Notes: generated by a model not told the origin, from the letters alone. DNA of 60,891 nucleotides, filler included, from Hausera hauseri (GCA_046269625.1; 11 parts of 11 records of this genome joined end to end with filler, not necessarily neighbours in it); one strand, 5' to 3'. Positions 34,312 to 48,460 are shown, numbered from the whole stretch's first letter. Numbers and translations are program-made.

Positions 34312-35400
34312 TTGTTCTTACGAAATAACTGGAATGCGGCAGATCTCCAAGAAGAAGCGGATGTAACTTACAAAGCTATCTTAGAAAAGGAAGAGATTTT
34401 GCTCCCAAAAATAACCACTGAATTGGCCAGATCATTAAAAAATGAAATCAAAGACATTCGAAATAACGGAAGCAATCCTTCATACTCTTCAATATTCCTT
34501 TTAATTTTAATATTCATGTCAATAATTAAGAGAGGCAATAATATTTTGGCTTACGATTGTGAGCATATTTATGAAGGTAATTATTACTCGTTAATGGATT
34601 TAGATTCCTGTCCTAAAGCACATCCTAGAAATATAACAACAGTCCAAAAGAAACTGTATATTTATCAAGATAGAGCATCAATACAAGTAAAAGGTTATGA
34701 ATGTATGTTAACAAGATCTAGAACAGTAACGTACTGTGGAATGCATAGTCATGAAACTATCATAATACAAACAACAATACCCGAACCAGAAGCAGTATTA
34801 CTCGAAACTTGCAAAGTAACCGTAGAAACAGGATTTAGAGATATGATAGAATGGAACTAAAAGCTGGAATAAGAGAAGTTCATCAAACAGAACGTTATGT
34901 TGTTGGAACTAAAGACTTAGGTGGAAATTGTAATGGAGGGACATATGATTTAGGAAAAGTACCGCAATCAGGATTACTAGTTCATGATCAGTACAAAATT
35001 TAGATAAAACAACAGACATAATTTTGATACAAATACAAAAGCCATGATGGACGCTTCATTCTGTAAATTAGGCAAAGGATATTGCCACACTATAAGTTCT
35101 GTCTTGATATGGGATGTATCAAAAAAGTTTGACTGCCATCTAGTATTAATAAAAAAGGGTATATTTAATATGACTTCAGGAAAAAGATATGCTAAATATT
35201 TTGAGACTGATTTTGAACAGACAAATGTAAATCAGATACCAGAAATTAAAACTCCTATCATCATAATGTCCGCAAAATTAGAAGGCGGAGTTAAGTTCAT
35301 ACAACAAGAGCCTACCTTTAAGTGTGGAAAAGCAATTCATTCCACAAACTATCCCTCCTATGTGTTAATTTGTTTAATACCCAATGATCCACAACAAGTA
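34312..35400 (+). pseudogene. env: Chuvirus-like envelope glycoprotein, N-terminal half, copy 2
   Basis: Internal signal sequence, then ILAYDC...YSLMDLDSC...IYQ...ECMLTRSRTVTYCGMHSH and GYCHT..SVLIWD...C; homologous to copy 1; truncated. Confidence 0.82.
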
Positions 35401-36940
35401 AAATAAACTGAAGTCGGAAATACGATAGAAAACTGAAATTAAATTCCAAACTGATCGGATGCACAACAATTTTCACAATGGCGATGTTGACAACAAAATA
35501 TTCGAAAAAGTCATTAATCATTTATTTACCAGATTAAAACAACACAAAACACACTGGTTACTCGAATTAAATAATCACAAAAAGGCAACTGAATCCGACA
35601 CACTAACTTATTGCGAAATGTCAATTTCAATGTCAACGTTATCGTTTTATATTTTTAAGTGAGGCTTTGTTAAATTTGGAAAGAATCATTTTTGGAGGTT
35701 TATGAGCTACTTTCGAAAAAGAATTTGATTTAGTACTGATAATCTTTTCTGAATGTATTATTTTTTGATTTTGGAATTAAATTATCTTCGGTTTTCGAAT
35801 TCGAGTGAGACTTCGTTGGTTTTATTGGCTTTAACGTTTTCGATAAAATAGGGAATTTCGCTCTTTAACGCCAGATTTTAATTCATCTTCCAGTTTTGTA
35901 TTTTTCGTCGATTTTGAAGTTTGAAACGTGTTGAACGTTCTCGGTTTTGAATGTTTTCTCGATGTTTTGACGGTACAAAACACCTAAGATCAAGAGGTTC
36001 CGATTTATGATAACCGGGAAAAATATTGGGAAGTCAACTACGAAAGATTCGGCTTTTTGGTGCTACTGTTTTAAATTTTGTCTATAATTTCTGCATAGTT
36101 TGTAGAACGGCTTTCGACTTTATCAACAATATCATCTTTAATATCATTTCTAGTGAGGACACTATATTGACGCTGCTATTTGTCGTAACAAAATGTTCAT
36201 CATTTACTGTTGTATCACCGGATGGGACTTGCGGAGATCTATTCGATGACGTACTCAAATCAATAACTGAATCGTTGAGATCACATAACAGGCTGCATCA
36301 ACTTTGCTTATTTTCTCTTCGAGTATTTGCACCGGTTCGTGGGGCATTCACGTAACTTTAACGGTTTTAAATCAAATACTTTCTTTGTCTTTGAATAAAC
36401 GTATGGGAAATGACTGGTTTTCGTCTTCGACTGTTCGATTTTTGTACAATGAGAACGACTGTGTAGCTGTCTATTCTTCAAGCACAACAAAATGAAATAT
36501 TGATAGACATTCAGCTAGAAATTGATGAATAATTTTTTGTCATAATCATTGTTTTCTCACTGACGTGATTCATGTTCTTTCGAGGCGGAAAAATCAGGAT
36601 CCGTCTATGCGCCCGACATGCCGGCGGCGGAAAACCCGACCGTGCCCAACCAAATGGGCCGGAGGGTAACAGTCGACGCCGGCACCACAGCACTGCTCCT
36701 GGTTTGAGATATATGAAAGGTTTTCCGTGCTTGGTGATGAAAAGCACTGAGTGGTAATAATTGCATATCGGAGCTATCAGCATCCGTCGGCACTAGAGAG
36801 GGTGACAAGAAAAGATCTGATGGTAGATTCTCAAGGAAAGAAAAGTGTTCCCAACTGCATTGTGGAATTGAGGATAGGGGTTTATGCGGTAGTGTAGTTG
36901 CCATGTTAGGCAGGACTTGTGGACGCCACGGAGGTAAAAG

Positions 36941-38281
36941 TCAGTTAAAACGGCGTCTCTCATTGTGAATATCATGGACAATAAATATCAAGTATTCAGC
37001 GTCCATTTTACCCGGTATAAAATAGTCGGTCGATTTGTATATGACAGGAAAAGGTTTAAAACCATTTTGACTATAGTTGAGGTCAATATATCCTAATAAT
37101 AAATTGGATGGCAGGTGCCAAAGATTCAGAAAATAGAGTGGATCGAAAGTAACCAATTTTTTGTCATATATGGCACGTTGAACATGAGCTCTATAGAGGG
37201 CAAAATCTGGTGCATGATCAAGGTCGTCTAAAGATATATTATGACAATGTTTGTCTACATTATCGATCTTTTCTCTAGGGCAAACAAATGTCTTATATTT
37301 TACATCGAGCGGTCCATCAGGGTCGGCATTAAGATCACCCAGATAGATGTGAATTAGTACAGGGAGACTGCCAGAAAATGCCACGGCATAGCCGGCAAAA
37401 ATAATTTCCTGAATAGGGTACGAATAAGGTGTCCGAACATAGGAATGTGGGAAAGGATTCCGGGGTTGGGGAAGGCAGTTAAGTTCATTTAGGCACGTTT
37501 TTCCATTAAATGATACATCTAGATAACGGCGCCAAGCTGGAATATCTACATATTCCAGTTCAATATATGTGACTGAGTTCTCTCTCATTAGTATAGTAAA
37601 AGAATGTGAATTACAGACATCTGCTGTCAAAAGAATAGATTTAAAAGAAGACAAGTAAACTTTAAATATGGGCAAAGGTGTTTTGTGAATCTCTAATACA
37701 ATAGATCCTTGAATAACAGATAAGAGCATATCTCTTGGTTGCGATGGGAAGTTTTGAATGAAAAATTGTTGGTCTAAGATTTGTCGCATAGGGTATGGCC
37801 CGTAATTGAGTGACCAGTAAGAAATCAATATGCAGCGATCTTGCACGCTATTGCTTTTGAATTTATTTGGGATTGTAAAGGCAGAGGGATATTTAAGAGT
37901 AGAATTACGAAGTGATGTATTTAAGCGAATACACCGATATGTAGATCTGAAACGTAAAACTTCAAAAAGCAGAGGGATAGGTAATCCTATAGGCAAACAA
38001 ATGGGTAAGCAAGGCATTTGTTGAAGATTGGGAAATTGGATACTTTGCCCGATATTACGAATTGGTGGGGCATGCGTTAGAAAATAGGAAGTGTTGGAGT
38101 AAGACGTAGGAGCAAGAGGTAAAAGAAGTAGGGGAGAGTGGATGGTATCCATAGTTTGGTCAACGGATGCTTCATCACTTTCAACACGGATAATAGACTG
38201 TACATAGGTTGCTTGCTGGGAAGGTACTAATGCCAAAGGAGGATATCTATCTTCACAAATACAATAGGTTACTGAAATCAC
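36941..38281 (-). CDS. Hypothetical 446-aa intronless protein, no recognisable domain
   Basis: Uninterrupted 1.3-kb ORF in AT-rich DNA; no homology recognised. Confidence 0.5.
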   Translation of the reverse strand: MISVTYCICEDRYPPLALVPSQQATYVQSIIRVESDEASVDQTMDTIHSPLLLLPLAPTSYSNTSYFLTHAPPIRNIGQSIQFPNLQQMPCLPICLPIGLPIPLLFEVLRFRSTYRCIRLNTSLRNSTLKYPSAFTIPNKFKSNSVQDRCILISYWSLNYGPYPMRQILDQQFFIQNFPSQPRDMLLSVIQGSIVLEIHKTPLPIFKVYLSSFKSILLTADVCNSHSFTILMRENSVTYIELEYVDIPAWRRYLDVSFNGKTCLNELNCLPQPRNPFPHSYVRTPYSYPIQEIIFAGYAVAFSGSLPVLIHIYLGDLNADPDGPLDVKYKTFVCPREKIDNVDKHCHNISLDDLDHAPDFALYRAHVQRAIYDKKLVTFDPLYFLNLWHLPSNLLLGYIDLNYSQNGFKPFPVIYKSTDYFIPGKMDAEYLIFIVHDIHNERRRFN

Positions 38282-39473
38282 CTTGATACTTGATGGAACT
38301 AAAAAAATAAAGTGGATGTTAGACCACTGTGCCCCAGCCTGAAAATAATAGGCCGTGGCTAACTTTAATTGTCACAAAATAGTCGCATACACACTGTCGG
38401 CTTGTCTATTCGCAATCTCGTCGAGCACGAAGTAATTGAAATTAAAATTAACATCATATTGTGGTATATTTTCATATTCGTTTAGGTACTCTGCATAGAA
38501 TATCTCGTTGGATCTTTTAAAATACTTGGCGAGGGAAAAGCATATTATGATTGTTATACCCGAAACAATGATTACGACCACCCATATATAGAAGAGGGCA
38601 AATGAGGCTTTTCTTAAGTTTACAAGCGCGCTAGTGGTTGGGGCAGGTATACGTGAGAAGAAATAAAAAGCAAATTTTTGCTTTTAATTTGAAAATTTTG
38701 TTCCAAATAATATGGGCTTTTCCAACGGTTTAGAAGTTACCAAGCGTGTTGTATTGCGTCCGCTTGCAACCAAACCAAACAAAGATTGATTAGATGTAAA
38801 TTTAACTGTTGTAATTAGTAGATTCATTTTGGTAGAAATAATTCGTGAGTTTAACATAGTAACTCTTGGTTTTATCCAGGGTGATGATAGATGGCAATAA
38901 ATGCTTCAAATTTAGCGTAGTATTAATTATGACTCAATGCTAGGGATTTGCCAAAACTGCAAGCTGAATTCGACATACTGAGGGTCGAAAATGAATATCT
39001 TCTTTCTTTACTACTATAAGCCGAGGCGAAAAAGGTCCAACAGACACCAACCATTGTTTCCCTATATATGTTGCTTCCAACACTGGGGGGTTCCACCGTG
39101 TTCGTAAAACGTCAATGGAAGAATAAGGGATTGCTTTCCACAAAAATGATCCTGATGTAAATAAAGGTTGAACAGTGGGAATTAACCAATTATGAATGAA
39201 ATATATGTTTGTTTCGGATATTGGGATGGTAATTCTGACCCATGTCGGCTTATTATAATATATTGGAAAACGTGGTATATCGAGAGACAATTTTGGACTA
39301 ACTGTTTGTCTAGTAAAATTTAATCTAATGTTGATTTGTACTAAAACTCCAGATTGTCCTTCGGTTCATAAATNNNNNNNNNNNNNNNNNNNNNNNNNNN
39401 NNNNNNNNNNNNNNNNNTTAATTAATTAANNNNNNNNNNNNNNNNNNNNNNNNNNNNNNNNNNNNNNNNNNNN

Positions 39474-40050
39474 GCATATACGCGCACACATACACAATGT
39501 GTTAGTACAAATATAAATAATGGGAAATACAAAATATTACAATAGAAATTGGTGACGTATACAAGTTTCATAAAATATAACATTTTCCGAATATAATTTG
39601 CATATAGTATTTTGAAATTTGCATACGAATGAAGCCTGTGTGTGTGTGTGTGTGTGTGAAATATGAAAATTTGATTGGATAATGTCATTACACACATACA
39701 CACACACGCATATACGCGCACACATACACAATGTGTTAGTACAAATATAAATAATGGGAAATACAAAATATTACAATAGAAATTCGTGACGTATACAAGT
39801 TTCATAAAATATAACATTTTCCGAATATAATTTGAATATACTCTACTGAATCATTAGAAAGAAGAATACTAAATGATGAAATACAAAAAATAAATTTCCA
39901 TAATCAATAGTTTGTTCAGACTTTGTAGTTTTGCATACGAATGAAGCCGGTGTGTGTGTGTGTGTGTGTGTAAAATATGAGAATTTGATTGGATAATGTC
40001 ATTACACACATACACACACACACGCGCATACATACACGCATACACATTCA
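39474..40050. repeat. (CA/TG)n microsatellites with ~234-bp local duplication
   Basis: TG runs at ~39637 and ~39950; 39474-39620 is repeated at ~39708-39840. Confidence 0.8.
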
Positions 40051-40089
40051 AATACAAAGTATTATAATAGAAATTATATAAAAAAAGAA

Positions 40090-43000
40090 AACTTGCTTTG
40101 AAGCATTTTAACACATTCAAGCAACTGAGACACCATTGCGCATCAAAATCGAAATTAGATGTGCCGGCAATCAATTGCAAAATTCCCAAATTGCCACACA
40201 AAATACATTCACTACACAATTCAAACAGATACGATCTAATATACAAATCACCGACGTCACTGGACATGACTCGCAAAATCATATCACGAAACGATAAAGA
40301 ATTTTCACCCAAACATCCAACGATGGAAATGTTAACGTGTTTCACAATCAATTTCAAAACGATCAATGCCATTCGTGGAACTTTAACGCTGTAGTTATAA
40401 GCGAGATATTCGAAAAGGCTCAATACAAATTTCTGACAGAATGATAAAGCGCAATTTCCCAATGAAACTTTGCTAAATGGTGTCGATTCTTTAGTATTCG
40501 AATCCGACTGTAGCACATTGATAATCGCTTGGGCTCCGTTGGAATTTTGTTCCGATTCACTTCTTTCTGTTAACAAAAACTGAAGAACCGTCAAGCCCAT
40601 TCTAACCATTTTTGCTAATCGTTCTTCGGAACCGTGAATAGCCAACATTCTGAATCGATGGTATACATTTATCGTTAATGAACACGACAACACTCACTGA
40701 TTCGACCAATTACTCTGCTTTAACAATACTTTGACATTTACGCTCGATAATATCAATGTCGTTTTAAGTGCACTCGGTGAAGTTTCAAGGACGTTGTAAA
40801 TTAAATCTTGTATATAGAGCAGTTTGGTTTTGCGAACTTCCGAAAAATTATCGTAGAGTTTTGGCGTAAGACTCAGAATTTCGTTGAGAAAGATGAAGCA
40901 ATCAGTGGCTACAAATTGTCAATCATAAAATAAAATCTTCTAGAAATAATAAAGTTTATAATTCCGTTGCTATGGACTCATAGGTTGAAATGTACCTTGG
41001 AGACAGAATATTCGTTGCTAAGGTAAACTGCCGATTATCAGTCCATAGCAACGGAATTACAATCAATTTAAAAACGAAATATCAACCTATCACTGCCAAA
41101 TCCGATGGATTTTCGAAATTTTTCTGAAACAGAGTTGCCAAAACGGACTGGACAACAAACTTTACGATGTTGTAAATAACAGCCGATGGTAAAATACTCG
41201 AATCATCGATGGAAATTTTCTCCCAGAGAATTAATTGGGTAACGAATTTCAAATATTCATGGACAACAGCGACGTTCATCGATGTCAAATCCGACTGCCA
41301 AATGGAATTTATAATGAACCCCGTTGTTTGGGTTCCATCGATATTCGACAGCAGATTATCGGCACTGATAATCTCAGCAACCAATGAACAATCGACGGAT
41401 TTCGTCAACAAAATACTGGCAACGATTAACAATTTCTGTAGAGTAATTTGCCAGCCGGGAAGGAAAAAATTTTCCGAATATAACAGTTTCCAGATGTTGG
41501 GGAATTGTTCGTAGATTTTGTCTTGTTGCAAATTGTTCTATAACACATCGTCAGACCATTTGATTATCGATTCCATGAAAACCGTACCTCCAGACAAACG
41601 GCAAAGAAGTCCAGAATAATGTTAAGTCGTTCCATTTGACCGTGGGCATTACTGACCAAAGCTGGACCAACGGTAAAACAATCATTAGCAACGGTCTCGG
41701 TCAACAAAATGTCTGCCAGTTCGATCTCCGCTTCAATAACATCCCAAACACTGTACCGAATAGCCCACACGACGTTGTCCTCGACAATACAGCCTTCGAG
41801 ATCTCTCGGTATGATAAATTGTTTCTGTCGTGTACAATACGGATTGTATGGAATGAGCAGTTGACACGTTTTCGTTTGATTATCACCACTGAGGGACTGT
41901 TCGACGATTTTCACATGACTGGACTCGATGGCTTTAAAATCACAGAACCAGTCCAAACTGCTTAAATGGTCCACAATTTCGTCCAAATATCCATTTCGAT
42001 CATCAACGGTATTCTCAATTTGTTTCGAAATGATTCACGAATATACATTGAACACGGTAAGGTTGGCGGTGAAACTTAGTGATAGATCTTGAAGCATGTT
42101 GTAAATTCCATTGTTTTGAATTTTAATGTCACTATGACAAATGATTGGCCGAATGACATTGCACATCAGAGTAATAACGTCACGTTTGATAGATGAATCG
42201 AAGGAATTCAGATTTATTTCATGGCATAACAAACAAATTAAATTGAAAATCGTGTCGTGTACAATTAGTCCTAGAAAAGATCCTTCACAATCAGTTACCT
42301 GAAATGAACAATTGTGGGTTATTTTAATAACATACAATTCTAGATAACCTGATATGGTTTTTCACCGATGAGATTGTTCAGATACTGAAACACACCCAGT
42401 TTCTTTATGGCAGTTTCAGCCATTCGGACAACAGCCGACTGTGACAAGCCATCCGATGGAAATACCGAACAAAGCAACGACATGAACAACAGAAAAATGG
42501 CATCACATAATCGATTGTCCAATTTCATAATGGTATTTCGCATTTTCATTAATAGGACACCATCACTGAAAATACACCTATTTTTGGAAAACATAACGCT
42601 GTTTCTTTTACAAAATAACTTTTCTAACTTCTTAATATCATTCGGATTGTTAACGAACTCCTCAATATTCGAATACTGGATTATAATCAATGCCTGCAAA
42701 AGCCTAATTGAATAAAATTTGTTAAACAAACTTAGTTGAAATATCCCCTTACCCGATTCGCTCGACAATGTTTTTAAAACATAATTTCGAACTAATCAGT
42801 TTGGAAATTGGCAAATCCGCTCCAAATGAAGATGTCTGCAAATACAAATTCACTTAAACGCTACCAACAAACCAACTTTAAAAATATCAAACATCCTTTC
42901 CATTATTTCTTTATTTGCTGTTTCTTTTGTGGAATATGCCACAAGCAACATCGTTTCCAATAACTCCAATTGTTCTTCCAACAATCGAATTACCATTTCA

Positions 43001-43700
43001 TCGTTCGTTGCATCCTCAATACGAAAAACAATAGCCGATAAATATTTGCGCATAAACAATAACTTACGCTCCAAAAACCGGATTTATGTTCGTTTAATTT
43101 TAAACTGAATTCCTCATAAGTTTCCAACAACTGTGTGGAATAGTTTCATAAATATTTTACAATTATAAGAAATACTTTAATGAAAAAAGACATTTTGCTT
43201 TCCGATTTCGTAAAGCGGAGAACCATTGTTGATAAATAGATGAAATTCGAATTCCAATCGAGAAAAATGAATCGGATCAATCGAATTAAACTTAACCGCT
43301 CTTCGTAATAAAACGATTTAAGTTTTTCCCTTAACGATATTGTACTGCAGCCCCGATGAATTGCAGCCTAAATTCATAATTATAACATTTTAAACCCGAT
43401 TTTTACATTTAAATCTGAATCTTCCAATTTTCCATCAATTAATAAATATCCTTTCACCAGAGTATAACATACGTCACATGATAAATTCTACAAACAGATT
43501 GAAATATACTTCAACAAAAACATAATATCCGTTACCAAATAGGCTGCTGTTTTCAAGATGAAATCTCTTACTGAACGACATAAATCAGGCATAAAATTGG
43601 CTGTTGATTTCTCATCAAAATCTGTATAGAACGACAGAAAACTTTCTATATGTGGTTGAATGTGCTTTAACTGTGCTACAAATTCATTCTAAATAGAGAA
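40090..43700 (-). CDS. NUP188: Nucleoporin Nup188 (multi-exon, partial)
   Basis: LFEYLAY....VPRMALIVLK....ISIVGCLG.....RD..L....S...D..I...LFE, V.WAIRYS.W....EIE and LEEQLELLETMLL match Nup188. ~50-nt GT-AG introns at 41538-41587 and ~42300-42348. Confidence 0.8.
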
Positions 43701-45820
43701 ATATTAAAAAAACTTTCAGAAATTTCACNNNNNNNNNNTTTGGGATTTTTGGCCATCCAGTAAAAATACGTTATTTACGCAAAACTGTAAAACAGAACTA
43801 ACTGACCTAGTATAAATATAATACATAAAAAGAAATAAAGTTTTACATTTCTTTCAAAAAAATATGTGCTTATTTAAACAAAACATTTGCAAAAGAATGG
43901 AATATTTTTTCCCATTAAATTGCATATTGAGATTGCATATGGTACTTAAGAATTATTATACTCGAATTGTGAACACCATATAATTTGCATTTATACTAAC
44001 AGATTTAACCGTTTCTTTCACATATTAAAAATGACAGTTAGGCCTGTATGCTCGTAATGTCTGATGTAAGACAAATAATGTTAAGGAATGTACTAATGTT
44101 AATGTACTGTCGCCTTCTCAAAGGAACTATCACTGTAATGACCAATTTACAACCGTGAAAATATTCATGTGCATGGATAATGATATCAGGATTTCGTATC
44201 TACCAAAAAAAGTGCTGACGATGAAATTTTGAAGAATGGAGAGAAAATACAAATTTCACGGATTCACTATTTTAAGGTACTTTATGGACAGAGTAATAGG
44301 ACTGCACATGTTTAGTAAGTATTGAAATTATTTTATGTATTGGAATAATAAATGTCGTTTCCATGTATATTTTGATAAACGTTGTTTGAAAAATATATTT
44401 CCCACATATTGAATGCGGTGTTAATATTTTAGTCATGTGTTTGTCTTGTGGAACGTGTATGGTACTTTGATCCTATTTCTAAAGCTAGATATTATATATT
44501 ACGTGTACGTATTCATATATTTTAACTATATAATTCATNNNNNNNNNNNNNNNNNNNNNNNNNNNNNNNNNNNNNNNNNNNNTTAATTAATTAANNNNNN
44601 NNNNNNNNNNNNNNNNNNNNNNNNNNNNNNNNNNNNNNCAGTGTATAAAAGTCATAATGTCAGCATGACATGAGGATAAAGAATAGAAAAATAGCTGGGG
44701 ACAACCAAAACCAAAGTAGAAATTTCAGAAGATCACTTATATATGAATTTTTAAGAAAGAAAGTGCGTCTTGTAGCCGAGATTTTACGATAATCTCTTGA
44801 ATGAAAATAGAGAACTGTACCAAAATTTTCAAAATAGTACTACCGAGATAAAATATTCATATATATAGGTAGTGTCATCAGGGCTGTGTATCTAACTTTA
44901 GAAAATTCGTTAAATCAAGAAGCAAAGAAAATTTTCGAAATGTTTAATGGATTCTGTGTGGAACAACCAAAATATAATAAAAATTTTGCTTTTTTGGATT
45001 ATATAGTTAAATTATGATAAACATATGTCATTTTACAATAATAAAATGTCTAACAAAATATAATAATTGGAAATAATTGGAATCGACATTTATTAATCCA
45101 ATACATAAAATATTTCCAATACATAAACAATTTCCATACTCACGAAATGTGCCTACACTGTGCATTCCTCTTATTTTATAATATTTTAAAATAGTGAATC
45201 CGTGAATTTTCACCCTCAGCAATTTCTGACTGTAGATACGCAATCCTAATGACATTCTCTATGTAGATAGATATTTCACGATTACGTGGTCATAATAATG
45301 GTAGTTTCCTTGTTATACATGATTCTTCAACAGCATAAAACATCACACATTTTACTTCTAATTAAGTTTGAAGGTTTGAGAAAGAAAATTACGTTCTTCT
45401 CGTATGCTTAATAATGTATTTTGTTATTATAATGCAAAACATTAATCTTTATTATATTGGTCCTCTGCTATATTTTTATAATAGTTAAAAAATATAAATC
45501 TTACCCTTTGTTATTATATGTAGATTAATTATAAAAGATATCTGTAAATATTGGATAATCTGGAAAAATTAGACTTTGTAGTATGAAAATCAAAATTTAG
45601 AAAATATCGGTTCATTAGATTGAGAGCCCTGTAAAGTTATTGCAAATTAACCATACATTACATTATAATGCACTATATACTAAATTTAATTTATGTATAT
45701 ATGATATTTTGTTATTGCAATTTGTCATCTTTTCGGAACTAACGAATAATTTTTGAAGTTTTTGTGATTGGAATTTATTTGTTACGATTTTTTTTAAATA
45801 GCTATTCACAATAACAGAAA

Positions 45821-45964
45821 ATGTTGTCATCTGTTGTTAAAGAACACAGTAAGAAACAAGACGCTTTAAGAGAGCAGCGCGAAAGTAAAAAGAAGGAAGC
45901 TTTAAAATCGTCTTCACAGTTAATTAATATATTGGTGGATAAAGTGAATGAAGGTGTTTCACAA
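45821..45964 (+). CDS. BLOC1S1: BLOC-1 subunit 1 (GCN5L1), first coding exon
   Basis: MLSSVVKEHSKKQDALREQRESKKKEA...LVDKVNEGVSQ resembles MLSRLLKEHQAKQ...LVDHLNVGVAQ; GTAATT donor at 45965. Confidence 0.85.
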
Positions 45965-46699
45965 GTAATTCTTTATCTATTTAATTTATTATTTAATATA
46001 TTTATTTTTTCTTATTAGTTAATTTTACTTTACATTTGTTTTTGTAATTTACTGAACTAATAAACAATGTTTTGAGTTTATCATTGTGAACTCGTGAAAA
46101 AAGTACCTTGAAGTTATTATTAAGCAATATAACTTTTATTATTTGGTGTATCAAAATTAGGGTTGTCAGTTGTCCCGCATTTTCTACGTGCTTCTACAAT
46201 TTAACCCAAAATTGTACGGCACTTATTCACTTTATATCCCGCATAAACATACATAAAAAGTTTAGTACGTTTTTCGCATTTCTCCTATGTGTTGTAGCTA
46301 GTGTGATGTAACTGTTCGTTGAAACCAAAAAATAATCGATGTCCGGTGTGTTGTCGTTCGTGAACAAAATGAAATTTGTATTTAGACAATGACCCACCTA
46401 AATGATCGATTATTGATTGAGTATGTTATAGCTGTATGAAAGAGCCACAGAATACTAAAGACGAAGTATTTAAAATGTGGTCAGAAAAGGGAGGGAAAGT
46501 AAACAAAAAGTGAACAAGTGCCATGCGTTCTTGGGTCTTATTGTACAAGCACGTACGTCCAAAATTTTTTACTTTTTGCTTACAGTTTGTAAAGTACAAC
46601 ATCTTTCTGTACTCACCATATGTATGGCCAAACATTCTGTCCATGGATAGTTTATCCAGGAGTTTATTGTACTCATGCGACTCCATAAAAATAATGTTT

Positions 46700-46985
46700 T
46701 GTGCGAATATCATTGGTGAAATGTATATGTTACAGACAATATTCAGAATTAGGCAATTAATAGATTGCCTTAAATTTTGATGAGATTTTTCTAAATGTTG
46801 CCTCAACTCATCTTGTTGTTGTTTTCTTTCGCTCTGCTCAACTTTGTCAACTTTCCATTGGGTCTATTCCGATATTTTGTTGTAGCTATTATCCAAATGG
46901 TACTAAATGATATTTTAGTTTTATACCATGATTCCTCAAATGGTCAACATACAATAACATTTGATGGATTGATCCACTATCAGGT
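46700..46985 (+). mobile_element. Mariner-derived repeat, inverted copy of 48708-48960
   Basis: Reverse-complement match, e.g. tagattgccttaaattttgatgagatttttctaaat vs atttagaaaaatctcatcaaaatttaaggcaatcta. Confidence 0.7.
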
Positions 46986-47150
46986 TAAAAGGTCGCAGTA
47001 TATATGCATAATCCCCATTCAGGCCATTTTGTTTACTACACCATGCCACAAGTTAACCTGCTACAGTATCCACCGGGCCCGGTACATTTGATCGGGATAT
47101 CCACAGGCCCATTTTCAATTTCCTCCCGATCCATTTCTTAGGTTCCTATG

Positions 47151-48460
47151 CAACTCGTGTCATTGACAATTCGTGCCGAAGTTATTCAATATATTTTAAA
47201 AGCGATTTTGTAACAACCCTAATCTTGAAGCTTAACCCTAAACCTAACCCTAACANNNNNNNNNNNNNNNNNNNNNNNNNNNNNNNNNNNNNNNNNNNNN
47301 NNNNNNNNNNNNNNNNNNNNNNNNNNNNNNNNNNNNNNNNNNNNNNNNNNNNNNNNNNNNNNNNNNNNNNNNNNNNNNNNNNNNNNNNNACCCTTGAACC
47401 TTAACCCTAACTGTAACCCTAACAGCCCTAATCTTGAACCTTAACCCTAACCCTAACCCTAAACCTTACCCTAACCCTTACCCTAACCCTAACCCTAACC
47501 CTAAGCCTGAACCTTAACCCTAACCCTAACCCTTGAACCTTAACCCTAACCCTAACCCTACCCCTAACCCTATCCCTAAACCCTAAACTTAACCCTAACC
47601 CTAACCCTAATCCTCAACTCGTGTCATTCACAATTCGTGCCGAAGTTATTCAATACATTTTAAAAGCGATTTTGTAACTACCCTAATCTTGAACCTTAAC
47701 CCTAACTCTAACCCTAACCCTAACACTAACCCTAACCCTTGAACCTTAACCCTAACCCGAACCCTTGAACCCTAACCTTAACCTTAACCCTTGAACCCTA
47801 ACCCTTGAACCTTAACCCTAANNNNNNNNNNNNNNNNNNNNNNNNNNNNNNNNNNNNNNNNNNNNNNNNNNNNNNNNNNNNNNNNNNNNNNNNNNNNNNN
47901 NNNNNNNNNNNNNNNNNNNNNNNNNNNNNNNNNNNNNNNNNNNNNNNNNNNNNNNNNNNNNNNNNNNNNNNNNNACCCTAACCCTATCCCCAATCCTAAA
48001 CCCTAAACCTAAACCTAACCCTAACCCCAACCCTAACCTCCAACTCGTGTCATTCACAATTCGTGCCGAAGTTATTCAATATATTTTAAAAGCGATTTTG
48101 TAACAACCCTAATCTTGAACCTTAACCCTAACNNNNNNNNNNNNNNNNNNNNNNNNNNNNNNNNNNNNNNNNNNNNNNNNNNNNNNNNNNNNNNNNNNNN
48201 NNNNNNNNNNNNNNNNNNNNNNNNNNNNNNNNNNNNNNNNNNNNNNNNNNNNNNNNNNNNNNNNNNNNNNNNNNNNNNNNNNNNNNNNNNNNNNNNNNNN
48301 NNNNNNNNNNNNNNNNNNNNNNNNNNNNNNNNNNNNNNNNNNNNNNNNNNNNNNNNNNNNNNNNNNNNNNNNNNNNNNNNNNNNNNNNNNNNNNNNNNNN
48401 NNNNNNNNNNNNNNNNNNNNNNTCCTAATCCTAACACTAACCCTAACCTTAACCCTAACC
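47151..48460. repeat. Interstitial telomeric (CCCTAA)n satellite with a recurring ~65-bp non-telomeric unit
   Basis: CCCTAA arrays with CCTTGAA/CCTTAA variants; caactcgtgtcatt.acaattcgtgccgaagttattcaata.attttaaaagcgattttgtaac at ~47151, 47615 and 48041. Confidence 0.93.

Noticed and set aside
38940-39290. Degenerate dUTPase
   Set aside because: There is only a vague C-terminal resemblance; the conserved dUTPase motifs are not recognisable.
47170-47182. TCGTGCCGAA resembling an EcoRI cDNA adaptor
   Set aside because: It is only a 10-nt match, embedded in a repeated genomic satellite unit.
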